From Azolla caroliniana (Eukaryota > Plantae > Polypodiophyta), in assembly GCA_043228905.1 (NCBI GenBank), contig JBHGNT010000015.1, forward strand, positions 11,284,001 through 11,348,000: DNA of 64,000 nt. The letters run 5' to 3'. The notes beneath the pieces were generated by a model. It made no database searches and had not been told where the DNA came from. It saw only the letters and a list, made by a program, of their open reading frames with translations. Below are positions 51,930-64,000 of the stretch, in pieces (the stretch's first letter is position 1; each line of letters begins with the position of its first letter). A program made the translations under genes and the position numbers.

Positions 51930-54300
51930 CAAAGGTAAGAACTCCAAATAAAACAAGCAAATATGCCACGCAATTAACATATGGAATTAGCAACTACAAA
52001 GGGTGATTGATGATTGGCAACAATGCATGACACAAACAAGCATCAATAGTTAATTATAGTCAATGATGACAAACACACATCACCACCCAAGAAATGAACT
52101 CCTAATTATAGTCGATGATGGCAAAACAACACCCATAACAATGCTCCAACTAAGTATCCCAAAGAAGATAAAATTAAGAAAATCAAGTACCAAGAAAATA
52201 GAATCAAATTGATGAATATAGAACAACTTAATTAGTATGTCTATCCACATCGAGTGCAACATCGACACAACGAGACTGTCAATAATCCTGGCTAACCGTT
52301 GACTGAACACAGATTAGTGTACTTTAAACCGAATATATAAATATAAAACAAAGAGAGGGACATTTGCATGTTTACATCTTCTTGCTAATCAACTAAGAGA
52401 GCATCAATCGTCAAACTTACTTGAAATATTCTGAAGTTACAACTTGAAGAGGGGTATTGTAGCCAGAACCCACAAAATCTTTAATACTAAGAATAAGGGG
52501 AATTACAAGACTAATGATAATGACCCGCAACAATTTAATAAACTTGCGACCATGATAATAAAACAAAACCAACATTGCAAACTTTCTTAACCATCGATTT
52601 AAAATGGAAAGAACTTCACAAACAAGACTATGGTAAACCATCAATTAACTTCACATACGATAACTCCAGAAAACCCTAACAACCGATTTGCTGTTTTTTT
52701 GCTCAAAAAATGTCTTTGACATATTTTGTAATCACATAAATATAACAGTAAAACGGGCATAGCTAATTCATAAGAAAAACAAAGAATGATAAGAAGAGAT
52801 GTATGGTAAGGAAGGAGATATATACAATGAAGCAGCAGTATCAGATGATCCATAAAGAGCTTCACCTCATCAATGAAGATTTAGCACACAAAAAGAAAGG
52901 AGAGGAAGGATCTAACTCGAGGTGTACAAGATCCTTAGGAATTTGCTTCTTCTATAGTTTGTTCATCTCATCTTAAGACCTCTTTCTCTTCGTTTTCCTC
53001 TATTTTTGTTCTACCCTCCTAGTATTTCCTCTAGAGTTTTGTTATTTGTTTTTTCTATATCAGCCTTCTCCTTATTCATGGCTATTAAATTGAAGCCATC
53101 TACCTCTTTTAGCTCTTCACTTAAGTTTATCTAAGCTAAAGCCTTCTCTATATCTACAAGTATTTTAACTTTTACTTTTAAATTTGATTCACTTGTTTCT
53201 TCTTCAAATAAATGTGTGGAGAACTTATTTCTTTTTTGCCTAAGCTCACAAAGCTTTAGCTAGCTGTCACTAGATCCACTCTCTCATAAGTTTCATGCTC
53301 CTTATCAAAGTTTTGTTGTATTGAATTTAAAAGTAATTTACTCGCACTATCACTCTCTAGAGCGAGCAAGTCGTAATATGTAATATTTTTCTTTTTATTC
53401 TTTTTATTTAAAACTAATGTTTCATACTCTTGTCGAAATGTTTTATACAACTTATTAGCTAGTGTCTTCGTGAAAGTATAGATGCTTTGTTGTAATTCAT
53501 AAACTAAAGACATGACAAAAAGCAATCGGCTCGTACTAATAACTTGGTAGCTACCATGTGCCTTTTCTTTAGCATCCAAATTTGTAATAGTTAATTTATG
53601 TTCTTTTATCTCTAATTTATGTTCTTTTATCTGTAATTTATGTTGTTTTATCTCAGCCTCTAAACTTTCTATCTTTTGGCTAAATTCTTCTTTGTTCTTC
53701 TCTAAACTTTCTATCTTTTGGCTAAATTCTTCTTTTTTCTTTTCTAGGATACCCTTTAAGCCTTGCACGCTTTTAATTAAGCCATTTAACACCTTCGATG
53801 GTGAAGAGTCTACTAAAAAGGTTTTGTTTTAACCTGGTGAATCCTTCAACTCGTTTCTCTCCAATGGCGTTGAATGCATAAGATAAACGTTACAGTCCTT
53901 CGTCTCTAACTTTCTTCGGATATTGTTGCGGCTTGTTGCTAGCAACGATCCTCGCATTGAAAATGCAACTTTGCTGCTTGCACCTGAACAAAATAAAGGC
54001 TTAAATTAGTAACTCAAATAGTCGAATCCTTAATTTAATGTTCGTAATACGCGATCCATTAAAGAGAAGATTAACAATGATAATAATAAAAAACTTTGCG
54101 AATCCACGAGAAGATGGTGAATCATGGCAGTAAAAGTTACTTACCTACAAAAAGCACACAGTTGGGATCATTTAAGCCTAACGCGTAAGAAAAAGATAAC
54201 AAAAAACTATGCATAAAATTTTATACGTAAATGTTAACAAATCTTATACACACATACATCTTAAATATCTTACATGTACCAATAACGAGATTCTTTAGTC
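51930..54300. repeat. Repeat X, copy 2
   Basis: Colinear with 7220-9535; ORF 53792-53256 is paralogous to 9210-8605. Confidence 0.9.
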
Positions 54301-56820
54301 ACCCAATGTCTCTTGAGCTCAAGCAAGAAATGTCCTAGGCATCGTTGGTCCTCATATTCCATTACCTTGCGTAGTGGGCCAAAGCCTTGTTTAAAGAGGC
54401 AATGGTATCTCCCTCTGATTTCCTAAAAGACACTACAATGACAAACATAGTGTTCTTCAGATTCCACTCCTTGATGACACAATTGGAAAATTCTCTCTTC
54501 TAGAGGTAGTCGTGTGTATCTACCTACCTTAATCTGTAGCTGATATGATGAAGTTCGCAGCTGCCCTATCGCACTATGCAACGCATAGGATAGATGTATG
54601 TCCATATAAGGTGGCCTAATGACAAATCCATCCTCCGATGTATGTAAGAAGTGTGTCTTATAGTGGGCCATCTTTGTACCAAGTGGTATTTGGGGTTGAT
54701 CCATGTTATCTTGGTTTCTAAGTTAATAATATCAGTTCGGATCACTCTATTCTTTTTCGCTTTGGTCATATTGAGATGGGGACAATCCAAGCTATATTGG
54801 AACGGGGGTAGTGCTTTTATACTCATGCCATGTGACTCGAACCATTGCTGCATTTCAGCATACCAACAATGAGTGTCTCCATTTTGAGCTAGTTGTCTTG
54901 ATGACATAAGTGCCAACCTTGGGTACCTTCGTTTAAGGAGCTCCCAAAGACGTTGGATAAATGTCACTGATCGGAACAATGCCTCGATTATTATACGCGT
55001 TGCTCCCATCTTTGCTCGGATTATATCGTGGGGCACCGTTGCTTTGCTCCTTATCATGCGAGCAATCATTAACACTAAAGGTCTCTCTAAATCTTTCCAA
55101 TGATTTGCCTTGTTAAGACTCGGTCCCCATGTCTCTACTCCATAGAGAAGAGTTGGTGTGACAAGTGTATCAAATAACCATAGCATAGTCCGTGGCTCTT
55201 GGAACTGCAAATGTGCACATTGTCTCTCGAGAGCACCAAGGGCTGCATATCCACGAGAAAGTCGGGCTAAAGCGGCCTCCTGTAAGGAGAACCTAGGTCC
55301 TGTAAATGTTCCTCCTAGGTATGTGTAGGAGCATGTGTATTCCACCTTTTCCTCTCCCAAGAAGAATTTTGGTTCTAATCTTGTTACCCATGCTTGGGTG
55401 GTGTTAAAGACTATCCCTTTAGTTTTATTCATGTTGATTGACAAACCTTTGTTCGTACAAAATAGTTTTAAGGCATTTAGATGTCTTTGGAGTCCCTCCG
55501 GAGAGTCAGAAATCACCACAATATCATCAGCATATAGTAATATCTGTATACCTACTAGGTGTGCTCCGGAACCACCAAATCCCTCTATGTACTGTGATAC
55601 GTCATCTATATAGAGACTGAAGAGTGTAGGGGATAGTGGGCATCCTTGCTTCACGCAAATTGTGCTAGCCACCGCCTCTAACAAGCCCTTAGGAGACTGA
55701 ACTTTTCCTAACACAGATTCATAGAGTGCATAGATTCCCCATTGCATATTGATAGGAACACCATGGGCTTCTAGCCGCTGCATAAGCCGAGCACGTGGCA
55801 CAATGTCAAAGGATTTTCAGAAATCTACAAAGCAGCAATAAATCCTCTTATTGTGGGCTTTGCCCTCCTTTGTAAGGGCCCGAAGGGTGAATATGTGATC
55901 CAAAGTTATGAACCCCTTCCGAAAGCTTGCCTGTCCAATTGAACGACAACCATTTTGCTTTGCCCATATACTCAATTCTGATTCTAGAATCGAGCCATAT
56001 AGTTTAGCCAAGTAATGGCCAATCATGATTTTCCTATAGTTGCTTGGCATCATAGGGTCTCCACTTTGCTAGGCCCAAGGAGATGATTTCATTCATGTTG
56101 CATGGTTCCATTATAGATCAACAAGTGTGTAGCATAATGCATTAAGTAAAATAGTTTTAAGGGACGTCACGCTATTATAACTACTTAAAATATCATAAAT
56201 GAAATCCATTTGTATTTGTGTGGCGTAAGAGCTATTGTAAGAAGTTAACATGTTATAAAGACCATTTCTTCACATTAAGACAGTGTGAGCTTCACCATGT
56301 CCCAACTACATTTAGGGGTCTCCACTCTTGAGGATTAGCACAATGGTATGCTTAGTTCATCTTGTAGGAAAACCTTCACTCATGGCTCTATCAAAGATGT
56401 GTGCTAGCAATGGGAACAAGGTGTCACGGGCATAGATAAAGTGTTCACCCACCAATCCATCATGATCTTGGGCCTTCCCAAATTGTAGTTGATCAATGGC
56501 ATTTCTTACATTTTGTGGTGTAAAGAAGGTTGATTCATGTGGGCATGAGGCATTCGGGTGGGGAAGAAGAGGTTACCCCGGGATATCATATCGGACCTTT
56601 GCATATTCATGTCACCCCTGAGGTGAGGTCAGTTGTGTGGTGGGTTGCCTCTCATTAAACATTTTCCATGCTCTTTTACTCTCTCGTCCTAGAAACAAGC
56701 GAAATAAATGATTTTCAACTTTAGCCAAATACAATCTCTTCTTCTTCCTTACGAGGCGTTGGAAGGTTGCTCTCGCTTGGTTGTGTGTATAAATGCCCTG
56801 AGTTACATCACCCTGCAAGC
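54300..56820 (-). mobile_element. RTE-like LINE (RT and C-terminal Cys/His region), degenerate and 5'-truncated
   Basis: NYRKIMIG, FRKG..TLDHIFTL, CCFVDF, KQGCPLSPTLF, LLYADD, YTYLG, LCHQGVESEEHYVCHC; unrelated insert at ~56060-56310. Confidence 0.88.
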
Positions 56821-57773
56821 ATTTCCTTGTATCGAAAACTATATGTCAAAACCAAGACGTGGTCAAAATAGTTCCCACTAACAAAGCCAAACTTTGTGAA
56901 ATTCAGGTGGTTGTGGTCAATTCAACAATATGTACAAGGATGCTCTATAGAAAGAAAAGAAAACACCCTTAGTAACCTATCCACGGGTAGTATGGGTAAC
57001 AAGGTATTAGTATGGCCAATGACAAACTTTCCTTCATGGAAAAGTAGATTCCAAAAAGCAATATCTAGAAATTGAATGTTTGCATAAACCTGAATGAGAA
57101 GAGAACCAATCTACACCGAATGAGGAGGTAATTCTATCCTTGTGAAACCAAGGATGATGTCCAAGTACAATAGGAGTAACAAGGAAACATATAAGCCCGA
57201 GGCGTTAGAAAAGATAACAAAAAACTATGCATAAAATTTTATACATAAATGTTAAAATATCTTATACATACATACATCTTAAAAATCTTACATGTACCAA
57301 TAACGACATTCTTTAGTCAACTTTTTTCTTTTTCACTTTTTTTTACGTGGTACCATTTATTTTGTTCTAAAAAATGAGACAACACTTAACATGTAATCTC
57401 TTGTTTGGTTTTATAGGACATTTGGCCTCTTAAAAGACATTAATACATCTTTCCTTATTTCTTTCTTCACATCACATGTACAAATTGTCACACATACATA
57501 GCGTTAACGACTTGGTTTGGATACCCCTTTTTTATATTTCTACTAGCATTCATTATATTAGATTCATGCGATTTTCACTCCCAAGATTCCCACCCCCTCT
57601 CTAAAAAGTAGGGAAGGTTCATGAAGGAGTAGGGTACATGAAACTACCCCCTATAAGTGTGGCATGCACAACATAAGCAACATGTTTGGACACAAACATA
57701 TGTAACCAAGTGGAGGTACGTAAGCAAAGAAAACTATATGTTAAAACCAAGATGTGGTTAAAATAGTTCCCAC

Positions 57774-59557
57774 CAAGGTTGTTAGGTACGTTAGGTATGG
57801 TACGGATACCATACATATTTAACGTATTAATACCCGTATAGCACCTCCCAATCTAAAAATATGTTAAATACGTTTTCTTAATATGTTAAATACTTATAAA
57901 ATACGTCAAATACGTACTTAATGTATAGTACGTTAAATACTTCTAGTATTTGAAAATTATTTATCTTTCTAAAAAATATCTATAATATTGTAAAAAATAT
58001 CTATGTTTACACAATTTTGTGTTGTAGAATATAGTTCTACATCCTAAAATACATTTAAGACATTTGAACATTTCACATCCTAAAATACTTGTAGTAATAT
58101 GGATGTCGACATTCCCTTATTCTATAAATCAGTGTAAGTGTGTATCACAATGTTCTACTTCAAATTGTAATTGTGTACAATTATGCCTTCATAGATTGAG
58201 GAATAGTCTACGATTATCACACTCATGATAGGTTTCTCTTTTCTTCGTTTTCTTCTTCTTCTTCTTCTTCTATCTTTTGCGATTATCACACTCAAGACAG
58301 GTTTATGTCTTCTTTTCTCTCTTTTTCTTCTTCTTCTATCTTCTGCGATTATCACACTCAAGACAGGTTTATGTCTTCTTTTGTCTCTTCTTCTTCTTCT
58401 TCTATCTTCTGCGATTATCACACTCAAGACAGGTTTATGTCTTCTTTTCTCTCTTCTTCTTCTTCTTCTTCTATCTTCTGCGATTATCACACTCAAGACA
58501 AGTTTATGTCTTCCTTTCTCTCTTCTTCTTCTTCTTCTATCTTCTGCGATTATCACACTCAAGACAGGTTTATGTCTTCTTTTCTCTCTTTTTCTTCTTC
58601 TTCTATCTTCTGCGATTATCACACTCAAGACAGGTTTATGTCTTCTTTTGTCTCTTCTTCTTCTTCTTCTATCTTCTGCGATTATCACACTCAAGACAGG
58701 TTTATGTCTTCTTTTCTCTCTTCTTCTTCTTCTTCTTCTATCTTCTGCGATTATCACACTCAAGACAAGTTTATGTCTTCCTTTCTCTCTTCTTCTTCTT
58801 CTTCTATCTTCTGCGATTATCACACTCAAGACAGGTTTATGTCTTCTTTTCTCTCTTCTTCTTCTTCTTCTATCTTCTGCGATTATCACACTCAAGACAA
58901 GTTTATGTCTTCCTTTCTCTCTTCTTCTTCTTCTTCTATCTTCTGCGATTATCACACTCAAGACAGGTTTATGTCTTCTTTTCTCTCTTCTTCTTCTTCT
59001 TCTTCTTCTTCTATCTTCTGCGATTATCACACTCAAGACAGGTTTATGTCTTCTTTTCTCTCTTCTTCTTCTTCTTCTTCTTCTATCTTCTGCGATTATC
59101 ACACTCAAGACAGGTTTATGTCTTCTTTTCTCTCTTCTTCTTCTTCTTCTATCTTCTGCGATTATCACACTCAAGACAGGTTTATGTCTTCTTTTCTCCC
59201 TTCTTCTTCTTCTTCTATCTTCTGCGATTATCACACTCAAGACAGGTTTATATCTTCTTTTCTCTCTTCTTCTTCTTCATCATCTTCTTCATCGTCGTCT
59301 CTTCTATTCTTCTTTCTTCCTTCCTTTGGCTTCTTTTTAACTAAAATATTTTTTTTCTTTTGCTTTTTGTTAGGGTTTTACTTACATTTTCTTTATAAAT
59401 ACATATTATACCAGTTTTTTTATAAATACGTTAAATACCGTATTGGACAAATGTACATGATATTTGACTGAACAACATTGAAGTATAGTACGTACTATAC
59501 AAATGATGATGTACTATACGTATTTCAACGTTAAATATGTGTACATAAATAGCCATG
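57774..59557. mobile_element. Non-autonomous hAT-type DNA element
   Basis: 8-bp TSD GTTCCCAC (57766-57773 and 59558-59565); imperfect TIRs CAAGGTTGTTAGGTAC / CATGGCTATTTATGTAC; empty-site paralog at ~56866-56890. Confidence 0.75.
58212..59280. repeat. Minisatellite, 16 units of 66-75 bp
   Basis: Unit GATTATCACACTCAAGACAGGTTTATGTCTTCTTTTCTCT(CTT)nCTATCTTCTGC. Confidence 0.97.
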
Positions 59558-60457
59558 GTTCCCACTAAGAAAGCCGAACTGTGTGAAATTAAGGCAGTTG
59601 TGGTCAATTCAACAATATGTACAAGGAGGCTCTACAGAATGAAAAGCAAACGCCCTTAGTAACCTATCCACGGGCAATATGGGTAACAAGCCACTTTACT
59701 AGGCCCAAGGAGACGATTTCATTCATGTTGCATGGTTCCATTATAGATCAACAAGTGTGTAGCATAATGCATCAAGTAAAATAGTTTTGAGGGACGTCAC
59801 GCTATTATAGCTACTCTCGGATAAGATAATTTATCCAAGGAGGATTGTTTAACAATAGCTAGAGCCCGAACCACTTGCTTTTTGTGTATCATGAACCTAC
59901 TCAATGAACTACTCCATATCATACTCGCAATAATTACCTCGAGACAAACCTAAACCAGCTTGGGGTTTCCAATCTTGGAACAAATTGGTTTTTAAATTGG
60001 GTTGGCCAAACTAGTTAAGCCTTAACTAGCATGGTAACTGGTTTGAGCAAATCCCAAATTGAGCTAAAACCGATTAAGGAAACTCAAGCCGAAACTAAAC
60101 TGAATTGAACCACCAAATCGTTTCAAAATGGATTGACGGTTCGGTTTTGGCTTGAGCTGAGTCGTCGTTGATTCCTACCTCCATATGAATACCTTTGCAT
60201 GAAATGGCAAATGGGAATGCCCAACCACATCGTAATATTTTTGCCATTGACTTGCATTTGACTTACATACATTCCGCACCTTTTCTACTTCAGAAGATAG
60301 CCAAACGTAATGATGCCATTGCATAATGATTCAATATATTTGTAGTGACTTGTAACAAGCGTGTGTCATCCTATAACCGCCAATCCACCCAAGGTGCAAC
60401 ATTTGTTGTCAATGGTAAAATCCATGCCAGATTTGTATATCTTGTAATTTTCCCAAG

Positions 60458-60704
60458 TAAATCTATAATTTGGGGAAATACATAATATGAGATGGTTCCT
60501 TCGGGCCACGTTTGACGGATCAACTATTCCTATTTATCAAGTCCTAGAGTATCATCACACTTTGATACGATGCGTTCTGTGTAAATCTATAATTTGGGGA
60601 AATGCATAATATGAGATGGTTCCTTCGGGCCACGTTTGATGGATCAACCATCCCTATTTATCAAGTCCTAGAGTATCATCACACTTTGATACGATGCGTT
60701 CTGT
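60458..60704. repeat. ~123-bp tandem duplication
   Basis: gtaaatctataatttgggg...gatacgatgcgttctgt present twice. Confidence 0.9.
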
Positions 60705-60849
60705 TTTCATTGAAGCAATCTTTTTCTAATGTTGTCCATTTTTTTTTCATAAAAAATATCCTCCATTGGTATTAAAATTAAAGGAAACTGTATACATATA
60801 TTGTGTTGCATCTGTTCAAAACTAATACAACCCCTCCTCGGCATATCCA

Positions 60850-61770
60850 AAGTCTCTATAACCTCTTTTTAATGCATTCCATGAGGCGATATTAGAAACC
60901 ATAATTGTGCTAAATGTTTTCCGCACAGTTTCTCCGTTTGAGCATATCTCGAAATTAAACTAGACCATTCAAAAAGACTTCTTGTTTGTCTTATGGCAAA
61001 GACTTGTTAAGGTTCAAGCATACTTCTCAATAAGGCACTTGTTTGTGTGACCTCCATGTATTACGAGGACATTTGAACATGGAAGTTGTTCCCTTTCTGT
61101 ATATCTCCCATATTGCCACATGCTTTCAACATACTAGAAAATGACATCATATTAGGTAAGAGGCCTTGCACCAACATTTGAAGATAGAGTTGTATAGCAT
61201 CCTCATTTGTATCATGCTCAGTATAGCCCAATATCATGACAGACCATTGTACCACATCTCCAACCAACAATAATCCATCAAAAGGCTCTCGGGCTTCAAT
61301 TATTAGTTCACATTTATTGTACCAACAAAAGGATCTTTTTTAAATCCTTCTTTTGCATTATTATCGCCATGTAATTCCCCTCCTCTTGTTAGAGACTCTA
61401 CGCCAAAACAAGCTTCCAAGAAGCAAAAAAATCAAGCAAATTTCTTCTACTTGCATTTGTTCCAGGTCATAAAATAGTTGCTTTTCGAGCCCATAGTCAG
61501 TATATCCAGATGCAATCACATTCGATTATCCGACCACATTTGATGTAGATATCAATCAAAAAGTCCCACAAGCATTTAGGATATGTGACAATATCTGGGG
61601 CAATGCCATCATTTTGAATCTATTTAAAACGGTCCAACTTTGTGGCCTTCACCCTATTTAGCATACTCAGCAATAAGTGCAGTCCAAGAGACTATATCTC
61701 AAATAGGAACCTGTTGAAGCACTTTGTGAGATTTTACAAACTCTCCATATTTGGCATGCATTGCTAAAAA
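60850..61770 (-). pseudogene. PLS-class pentatricopeptide-repeat pseudogene fragment
   Basis: DVVQWSVMILGYTEH..EDAIQLYLQM...PNMMSFSSMLKACGNMGD; MHAKYGEFVKSHKVLQQVP*DIVSWTALI; stops present. Confidence 0.8.
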
Positions 61771-61789
61771 AAGGAGAGTGTTGAAGATG

Positions 61790-62560
61790 GAACTAGAAAG
61801 GAAGAAGAATGTAGGAGAGAAGAAAAACAAATCTGATGATAAATTTAATGCAACAAAGAAAGCTAATATGGCTTCAAATGTTATCATTTAAGATCAATCT
61901 GGTGAAAGATGGCGATGTACTTTGTATTACAGGTGATGCCTACATAGGTCATGTTCAAAACATGCAAATCACCAAAACAGATGTTATTGATGCTTTATTG
62001 TCTATCGATGATGGATTGACACAAACATGGATAGTAGTCTCTCGGGCTTCTTTTCATGTTACTCCATGTTTGGAGTGCTTTACCACATTTGATGCAGGCA
62101 ACTATGGAAGAGTTTATCTTTGTAACCATAGTGCTTGTAATATTTATGGTATTGGCACCATTCACATGTCTTTGGATAATGGTCAAGAGCTCGTGCTCAA
62201 AGATGTGAGGTATGTACCTCGAATTAAGAAAAGTTTGCCATCTGTAAGACAAATGGATTGTGGATATACCTCGCATGATTACATCACTTTATTCGATGGA
62301 GAATTGTCGAAACACTAGAAAGAATCTACGGTTATTGTGAAAGGTTGCAAAAAGGTCACTATGTACTGTTTGCAATGTAAAGCTTTACCTGGAAGGTTTC
62401 TTGCTATTGCTGAATTTGACTCTTGTTTAGAGATTTGGCATAAGAGATTTGGACATATGAGCCAAAAAGGGCTTGAAGTCCTTGCTATACTAAAAAGATT
62501 TGATGTTAAAGGATCAAATTTGATTTTTTGTAATGATTGTCTATTTCGCAAACAAGTGAG
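61790..62560 (+). pseudogene. Ty1/Copia remnant (paralog of 6600-7140)
   Basis: TWIVVSRASFHVTP (decayed WIVDSGASFH); EIWHKRFGHMSQKGL. Confidence 0.85.
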
Positions 62561-64000
62561 AAATTATTATTATTATTCTAATGTCAACAAATTTTTGGTC
62601 TCATCATTAGAGGTACCAATTAAACGATCCATAAAAAAAATAGTGAAGGTAAGAACTCCAAACAAACCACCAAATATTCCACACAATGAACATATGGAAT
62701 GTAAACCTATAAAGGGTGATTGATGATTGGGAACAATGCACAACACAAACAAGCATCAATAGCTAATTATAGTCAATGATGACAAACACACATCACCCCC
62801 AAAAACATGAACTCCTAAATTTCTAAACTATACGTTGTCGATTTACATGGCTTGGTTATGATGGCAAAACAACACCCATAACAATGCTACAACCAAGAAT
62901 CCCAAAGAAAATAAAGTTAAGAAAATCAAGTACCAAGATAATAGAATTAGATTGATGAATAAAGAACAACTTAATTAGTATGTCTTTCCACAAGGGGTGC
63001 TCTCCTATCGAAGCATTAGGAAAGGTGCAACATCGACATAGCGAGAGTGTCAATAATCTTGGCTAACCGCTGACTGAACACATATTAGTGTACTGTTAAC
63101 CGAATGTATAAATATAAAACAAAGAGAGGGACATTGCATGTTTACATCTTCTTGCTAATCAACTAAGAGAGCATCAATCGTCAAACTGACTTAAAATATT
63201 CTGGAGTTACAACTTGAAGAGGGGTATTGTAGCTAGAACCCACAAAATCTTTAATACTAACAATACGAAGAATTATAGGACTAATGATGATGACCCGCAA
63301 CAATTTAATAGACTTGCTACTATGATAATAAAACAAAACCAACATTGCAAACTTTCTTAACCATCGATTTAAAATGAAAAGAACTTTAGAAACAAGACTC
63401 TGGTAAACCATCAATTAACTTCACATACGATAACTCCAGAAAACCCTAAGAACCATTTTGCAGTTTTTTTGTTCAAAAAATTTCTTTGACATATTCTATA
63501 TTCACATAAATATAACGGTAAAACGAACATAGCTAATTCATAAGAAAAGCAAAGAATAATGACGAGAGATGTATGGTAAGGAAGGAGATATACACAATGA
63601 AGCAGAAGTATCAGATGATCCATAAAGAGCTTCACCTCATCAATGAAGATTCGGCACAGAGAAAGAATGGAGGGGAAGGATCCAATTTGAGGTGTACAAG
63701 ATCCTTAGGAGTTGTCTTCTTCTATAGTTTGTTCATCTCATCTTAAGACCTCTTTCTCTTCGTTTTCCTTTTTTTCGTTCTACCCTTTTAGTATTTCCTG
63801 TAGAGTTTTGTTATTTATTTTTGCTTTATCAACCTTCTCCTTATTCATGGCTATTAAAATGAAGCCATCTACCTCTTTTAGCTCTTCACTTAGGTTTCCC
63901 TCAGCTAAAGCCTTCTCTATATCTAGAAGTATTTTAACTTTACTTTTAAATTTGATTCACTTGTTTCTTCGTGAAATAAATGTGTAGAGAACTTATTTCT
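62560..64000. repeat. Repeat X, copy 3 (runs off the window)
   Basis: Colinear with 7140-8580, including the same Copia/X junction. Confidence 0.9.

Noticed and set aside
58155-59471. Four long ORFs (355-388 aa) and a CRISPR-like periodicity
   Set aside because: Artefact of a stop-free minisatellite with unit lengths in multiples of 3; there are no unique spacers and no cas genes

Overview
Repeat-dense land-plant genomic DNA; the PLS-PPR remnant and TE families suggest a fern, lycophyte or other seed-free plant (inference). The one clear host gene is an intronless MIZU-KUSSEI1/DUF617 CDS (3131-4027). Most of the window is a nested LTR-retrotransposon stack. Gypsy element A (11096-44343, +, TSD CAAGA) contains Gypsy element B (12305-35958, -, TSD CTAGT). 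B in turn contains non-autonomous element C (16342-22277, +, TSD CTAAA), a fungal-type Gypsy element D (24832-31855, +, 4-bp TSD CCGT) and a solo LTR (32022-32676, TSD GTAGC). Flanks hold Copia, RTE/L1 LINE and hAT-type remnants, a SINE-like element, a minisatellite and a PPR pseudogene. Main observation: A, B and C have no polypurine tract. Instead, 2 nt before the 3' LTR, each carries a sense-strand tRNA-Arg 3'-half mimic ending in CCA, which is a second PBS on the opposite strand. C also has two unrelated LTRs inside one matching TSD. All calls come from reading the sequence by eye; tRNA matches are to plant tRNA sequences as I recall them, and no searches were run.
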